Position numbers and translations under genes: made by a program. The notes under the pieces are model-generated. The model saw only the letters and a program-made list of their open reading frames with translations, had not been told where the DNA came from and searched no databases. Positions 57,590-64,000 of a stretch of DNA of 64,000 bases are shown here, one piece after another. Position 1 is the first letter of the stretch. Each line of letters opens with the position of its first letter. The DNA is taken from NCBI GenBank assembly GCA_964016885.1, contig OZ024750.1, forward strand, positions 18,228,001-18,292,000, in the 5' to 3' direction. This DNA comes from Eledone cirrhosa. Lineage: Eukaryota.

Positions 57590-58095
57590 AAGATTCTATA
57601 CATATTTTATACTTATTCTATACACATACTGTACATATTCTATACATATTTTATACTTATTCTATACACATACTATACATATTCTATACATATTTTATAC
57701 ATAAGATTCTATACATAAGAAATCAAGATTTTATATATATTCTATGTATATTTTATACATAAGATTCTATACATATTTTATACATAAGATTCTATATATA
57801 TTCTATGTATATTCTATACATAAGAAATCAAGATTCTATACATATTCTATACATATTTTATACATATTCTATACATATTTTATACATAAGATTCTATATA
57901 TAAGAAACAAAGATTCTATACATATTCTATACATAAGAAATCAAAATTCTATACATAATTTATACATATTCTATACATGTTTTATATAAGATTCTATACA
58001 TATTCTATACATATTTTATACATAAGATTATATACATAAGAAATCAAGATTTATACATATTTATACATATTGTATACATATTTTATATAAGATTC
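57590..58095. repeat. Degenerate ATTCTATACAT-based tandem repeat
   Basis: 11-13-bp variants; flanked by a duplicated AAGATTCT..ACAGCCT..GCCACCT..CAGCCAT..CTGTATAAAAAATCAA segment. Confidence 0.85.
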
Positions 58096-58627
58096 TCATA
58101 ACAGCCTTCCCAATCTGCCACCTAAAAACCTCAGCCATCATGTCTGTATAAAAAATCAATAATTTCCAAAGGAGACAAACTTTATGTCTAAAAGACATCA
58201 ACATTCTACTTACTGACTTTGCTTTATTTCATTATGTAACACAATATCCAGTTAACTTGATAAATTCTTCTTTGGAAAAGATTAAATAAAATTCAATTAT
58301 TTCTGACAACTTCAATCCATTATCAGAATGGTGGAATGGAATGAGAAAATTACATCAGTTAATGGGTGATGTTGAGTGCCATCATACATCATGGTAAGTG
58401 TGAGTGTATTTATATATATATATATATGTATATACACTGTAAAGTGGTGGTGTAGGTATCACCTAGTACTCACTGTAAATGAGGTTGGTGCTAGGAACAG
58501 CATCCAGCTGTAGAAACCAAACCAAAATCGGTTCTGTATGATCATGACATGGTCACCTGACCTGGCATTGCCCACAATAGGATAACTCATCTAATCCCTG
58601 CCAGCATGGAAAATGGACGTTAAATGG

Positions 58628-58664
<37 letters not shown>

Positions 58665-58958
58665 AGTAGTCTGTCTATTGAGGGTGTATATGGTTACTGT
58701 CTGTCTGTAAAGGATGTATATAGTAACTGTTGTCTACTGAGTGTATATATATGTGGTAACTGTCTATAGAGGGTGTATGCAGTAACTGTCTAGATACACA
58801 GTTACAATATATACACATGATAGACAGTTATTATATATATACACTTTATAGACAGGTACTTACTCGATATATATATATACTATATTTACCCTCTATAGAC
58901 AAGCAGTTACCATACATACAGTAAAACAGTTACCACATATATCCTCCAGAGACTGAAC

Positions 58959-58989
<31 letters not shown>

Positions 58990-58996
<7 letters not shown>

Positions 58997-59410
58997 TATA
59001 AGATCAAAAGATGGTTAAAAGAGTTCCAAGTATTTTATTATGCGCATTTCAAAAACAAATATCATGGGATGATATCTGCATTCTCATCAGATAAAATAGG
59101 GATACATGATATGAAGCTTAAAAAACACTTGTGAATAGTGAAGTTTTAAATTAACATATGTTGATTTAAAACTTCACTATTCACAAGTGTTTTTAAGCTT
59201 CATATCATGTATCCCTATTTTATCTGATGAGAACGCAGATATCATCCCATGATGATATTTGTTTTTGAAATGCGCATAATAAAATACTTGGAACTCTTTT
59301 AACCATCTTTTGATCTTATATTATTTATACTCCAGTCCTACAAACTGTAGAGTGCTACTTATCCAATATTTGCATTGCTTTATTGTGCTACAATAAAACT
59401 CACCTCCTAC

Positions 59411-59412
<2 letters not shown>
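58990..59412 (+). mobile_element. Fold-back family C element
   Basis: About 165-bp inverted arms centred at about 59160, embedded in (TA)n; tail also at about 60600-60685. Confidence 0.8.
59217..59285 (+). ncRNA. Minimal type I hammerhead (family C)
   Basis: ATTTTAT-CTGATGA-long stem II-GAAATGCGCATA^ATAAAAT; 7-bp stem I and palindromic ATGCGCAT stem III. Confidence 0.8.
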
Positions 59413-59481
<69 letters not shown>

Positions 59482-59656
59482 ATATTTGGGGAGGGTCATA
59501 TTGTCATATTATTGCCAGAAATATATAATAAAACACACCCACTGTTTGGTTTGGATTGGTTTTTGTTTCTGTATATTCTATATCTCTATAGTTAGTTTAA
59601 CTAGAAATCAATGTTTATCATTGATTGTTGACCAACAGTTAAAAATATAGATATAA

Positions 59657-59699
<43 letters not shown>

Positions 59700-59804
59700 A
59701 TCAGAGTTCACACACCTGTGACATCATCAGTGGTACTCTCTCTCTCTCTATATATATATATATAGTAGAGTCAAGGTCCACTGTTAAGTGGTCATGTTGG
59801 TGTC

Positions 59805-60113
59805 ATGGTCCATATCTTTCATGTCAAGGTCTCTTTCAGTTGTACTTCCACGAGCCTCATCTATGGCCTCCAGTGCATCCATATACATTGGTCAGACTGC
59901 CCATCAACCGGCTGACAGATTCACCAAACATCTGCCAGACATCCGGGTCCGCAACCCATCCTTGGTGGCCCGACATTTCCACACTGCTGGTCATTCCATA
60001 CGTCAGCTTACTGTGTTTGGGGTCATTTCCTGCACCAGACGCTCAGGCAGGTGTCGCCAAAGAGAACAGTGGCTTATTTTTTCCTAAATACATCTATTCC
60101 CTATGGTCTTAAT
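59805..60113 (+). pseudogene. Decayed GIY-YIG endonuclease of a Penelope-like retroelement
   Basis: FSCTSTSLIYGLQC / YIGQT..DRFTKH..VARHFHTAGHS..REQWLIF / LNTSIPYGLN across two frameshifts. Confidence 0.85.
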
Positions 60114-60516
60114 GCCCTGCTCCTCTTCCTCTAATCTGCTTTTCCCACTGCTTTCAGTACCCTTCCTCATCCATGCACATTTCAACACAGATACAACATT
60201 GCTGCATCACAAAAACCAACTGGCTGGAGACCCAGAGGTAGACCCCGAGCAAGATGGTTGGATAACATCTATGAGCTTGGCTGGTCTCGCTTGGAGATCC
60301 AGCCAGATCTGTTGGAGATGGTTGCTTCTGACAGGACCCACTGGAAGGAGTGGTTGAGGACTCTGCCCCCACGACCCTCACAGGAATAAGTGAGTGAAGA
60401 AGAAGATATATATATATGAAAAGATTCAGGACTTTGATGGCTGAGCTCTGGCCTTTTCGACAGCTAGATTTGGATATTACCCATTCTACTACCCCAAGTA
60501 TCGAGTACTCTGGTGC

Positions 60517-60579
<63 letters not shown>

Positions 60580-60825
60580 ATATAATTTCTTCTTTAATAT
60601 ATACTCCAGTTCTACCAACTGTTGAGTGCTACTTATCTGATATATGCATAGTTTTATTGTTCTACAATATTACTCACCTCCTACATATATATATATATAT
60701 ATATATATAATGTATGTAGGTATGTAAAAGGTAAACAGAAATAACAACACAATCAGTACAGTATATGGAAGGGATATATTAGGTTGACGCTTGATATAGG
60801 GAAATGCAATTTATATATATATATA

Positions 60826-60955
<130 letters not shown>

Positions 60956-61396
60956 TTACCATAGGAAAAATATAAAAACAAAATTCTTTTCCCCCAGTTG
61001 TAATAACTGTTATTCAATTTTATCCAGCTTTAATGACTTCAAGAAATGTCCCTCTTGTACTGAGTTCTCTGATGCTGTTGTTTTGCTTAATAAAGTTCCT
61101 TATATTTGCTATAATATAATCAATTATTTTCATCAAAATCTCTTCAAATATTTCCTAACATTATTCCTCAAAGAAGAAAATAGAAATTTCTCTCTTCATA
61201 TAAAATCAAATTTAAATTTAAGTTATGTTTGAGAGTTTTTCTGCTATTTTACATCACCATTTTATCAAATTGGTTGGCGAATAAAGAGAAAATGCAATTT
61301 ACTGAGAAGAAATATCTAAATTTGATTTCGAAATTTTACTTTAGATGCTATATATTACTTTATTGATTCTGCTTGGGCTTTAATGTGTGTATATGC

Positions 61397-61442
<46 letters not shown>

Positions 61443-61498
61443 GTGTGAGTGCATACACACACATATATATATGCATACACATATATATATATATGCAT

Positions 61499-61554
<56 letters not shown>

Positions 61555-61691
61555 ATACACACATATATATATAAATATATTGAAGTATCCTGACTCTTTA
61601 TAATATAACCATACTCTATTACCCCAAGTATTGAGTACTCTGTTGAGTAATGGTCTAATCAGTTTCAAACTGAACCCATCCTGATTTATAC

Positions 61692-61723
<32 letters not shown>

Positions 61724-61787
61724 GTGTGTGTGCGTGTGTGTGTGTGCACAAGGCAAACAGAAATAACAAAGCAAACGACACAGTACG

Positions 61788-62092
61788 TACTGAGTTCAAA
61801 TCCCGCCAGGGTTAGCTTTGCCTTTCATCCTTACAGGGTCGATAAAATAAAGTACCAGTAATGCACTGGGTAATTGCTGGCCTTGTACCGAAAGTAGAAA
61901 CAATTATTCAATTCAACAGCGGTGGATTGGCAGTATTGGTAGAGGGTCAGATGCCATGCTTAGCAAAACATAGAGTTATGACCCTTTACGTTTACGACCT
62001 GAGTTCAAATCCTGCCAAGGTTGATAAAATAAAGTACCAGTAATGCACTGAGATAATTGCTGGCCTTGTGCCAAAAGTAGAAACAGTTATTA
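61788..62092 (+). mobile_element. Two tRNA-derived SINE copies
   Basis: Dominant SINE consensus. Confidence 0.8.
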
Positions 62093-62386
62093 TAAAGTGA
62101 ACTTCTTAACTGTTTGGTCATGCAGACACTATTACTCTCAGATTCTGCTGTAGATTTTTCTCTGCAACAGATTCTTTTTATTCTGTCCATAGAATTGTGG
62201 AATAAATCAGATGTAATAACAAAATGCAGCAGTCTTGCTTTAGTTAAGAATTCTAATTTCATAGATAATGCAGTCTTGGTTACAGAGAATTAGATGCATT
62301 GTTAACAAAATGATCAATGGTTTGAGGTCAGCAAATGGTTGTTAACGTATTGATATTTAGAATTTACTGATTAATTTTCTTTTAAG

Positions 62387-63595
62387 CTTCTGTTCACAAG
62401 CTAGGCAGTCCATTACATAATCACTACAACTTCTGTTCACAAGCTAGGCAGTCTATTACATATTACATAACCACTGCAACTTCTGTTCACAAGCTAGGCA
62501 GTCTATTACATATTACATAACCACTGCAACTTCTGTTCACAAGCTAGGCAGTCTATTACATATTACATAACCACTACAACTTCTGTTCACAAGCTAGGCA
62601 GTCTATTACATATTACATAACCACTGCAACTTCTGTTCACAAGCTAGGCAGTCTATTACATATTACATAACCACTACAACTTCTGTTCACAAGCTAGGCA
62701 GTCTATTACATATTACATAACCACTACAACTTCTGTTCACAAGCTAGGCAGTCTATTACATATTACATAACCACTACAACTTCTGTTCACAAGCTAGGCA
62801 GTCTATTACATATTACATAACCACTACAACTTCTGTTCACAAGCTAGGCAGTCTATTACATATTACATAACCACTACAACTTCTGTTCACAAGCTAGGCA
62901 GTCTATTACATATTACATAACCACTGCAACTTCTGTTCACAAGCTAGGCAGTCTATTACATATTACATAACCACTGCAACTTCTGTTCACAAGCTAGGCA
63001 GTCTATTACATATTACATAACCACTGCAACTTCTGTTCACAAGCTAGGCAGTCTATTACATATTACATAACCACTGCAACTTCTGTTCACAAGCTAGGCA
63101 GTCTATTACATATTACATAACCACTGCAACTTCTGTTCACAAGCTAGGCAGTCTATTACATATTACATAACCACTACAACTTCTGTTCACAAGCTAGGCA
63201 GTCTATTACATATTACATAACCACTGCAACTTCTTTTCACAAGCTAGGCAGTCTATTACATAACAACTACAACTTCTGTTCACAAGCTAGGCAGTCCATT
63301 ACATAATCACTACAACTTCTGTTCACAAGCTAGGCAGTCCATTACATAATCACTACAACTTCTGTTCACAAGCTAGGCAGTCCATTACATAATCACTACA
63401 ACTTCTGTTCACAAGCTAGGCAGTCTATTACATATTACATAATCACTACAACTTCTGTTCACAAGCTAGGCAGTCTATTACATATTACATAATCACTACA
63501 ACTTCTGTTCACAAGCTAGGCAGTCTATTACATATTACATAATCACTACAACTTCTGTTCACAAGCTAGGCAGTCTATTACATAACAACTACAAC
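62387..63595. repeat. 50-bp (and 43-bp variant) minisatellite, about 25 copies
   Basis: TTCTGTTCACAAGCTAGGCAGTCTATTACA(TATTACA)TAACCACTRCAAC repeated. Confidence 0.97.
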
Positions 63596-64000
63596 TCACC
63601 ACCACCTCTTCTCTGAAGTTAATGCAGCTAATGACCATTGATAGAATAGTTTATATGAAAATAGTCTTTTGGGAAATATCAGGGTTGTATTTGATGGCAA
63701 GAGACTACATATTGAAAGGAAAGCAATTACATTATTGAACAGTTATTACAGTCAATTAACCCTTTTGATATCAAACTGTCACAAACTGATCATGGTTCTT
63801 TGATAGAGAATTGGTTAGTCTAAAATGTTTATCTTCTACTTCTTCGCCCATTTATTCCTTAAAGGGTCGTGGGGGCAGAATTCCCAAACACTCCTTCCAG
63901 AGGGTTCGGTCAGAAGCAACTATCTCCAACTGATCCAGATAGATCCCCAAGCGAGACCAGCCAAGCTCATGGATATTGTCCAACCATCTTGCTCGGGGTC

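Noticed and set aside
58327-58393. Exon-like block ending ATG|gtaagt (also an isolated acceptor at 50893 and donor at 52805)
   Set aside because: These cannot be joined into a coherent reading frame.
62387-63595. CRISPR-like regular array
   Set aside because: There are no unique spacers and no cas genes, and the context is eukaryotic; it is a plain minisatellite.

Overview
AT-rich, microsatellite-dense animal genomic DNA. The SINE families, RTE/CR1 remnants and (TA)n density suggest an octopus or other coleoid cephalopod (inference). One complete spliced + strand gene can be assembled by hand: 10 coding exons, 8688-43235, 1596 nt, 531 aa, all GT-AG introns with consistent phases. It encodes a probably secreted protein: signal peptide, unnamed Cys-rich domain, Ig I-set domain, a second copy of the Cys-rich domain, then three EGF repeats. 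Most other listed ORFs are microsatellite artefacts. The most striking non-coding signal is at least six unrelated families of short elements embedded in (TA)n tracts. Many are fold-back palindromes carrying type I hammerhead ribozyme motifs (CUGANGA...GAAA with pairable stems I-III, one family showing covariation), and most families share a GAGTRC motif near the 3' end. A decayed Penelope-like GIY-YIG endonuclease lies at about 59.8-60.1 kb. The window also holds tRNA-derived SINEs, RTE/CR1/R4-type LINE fragments, MITEs and several minisatellites.
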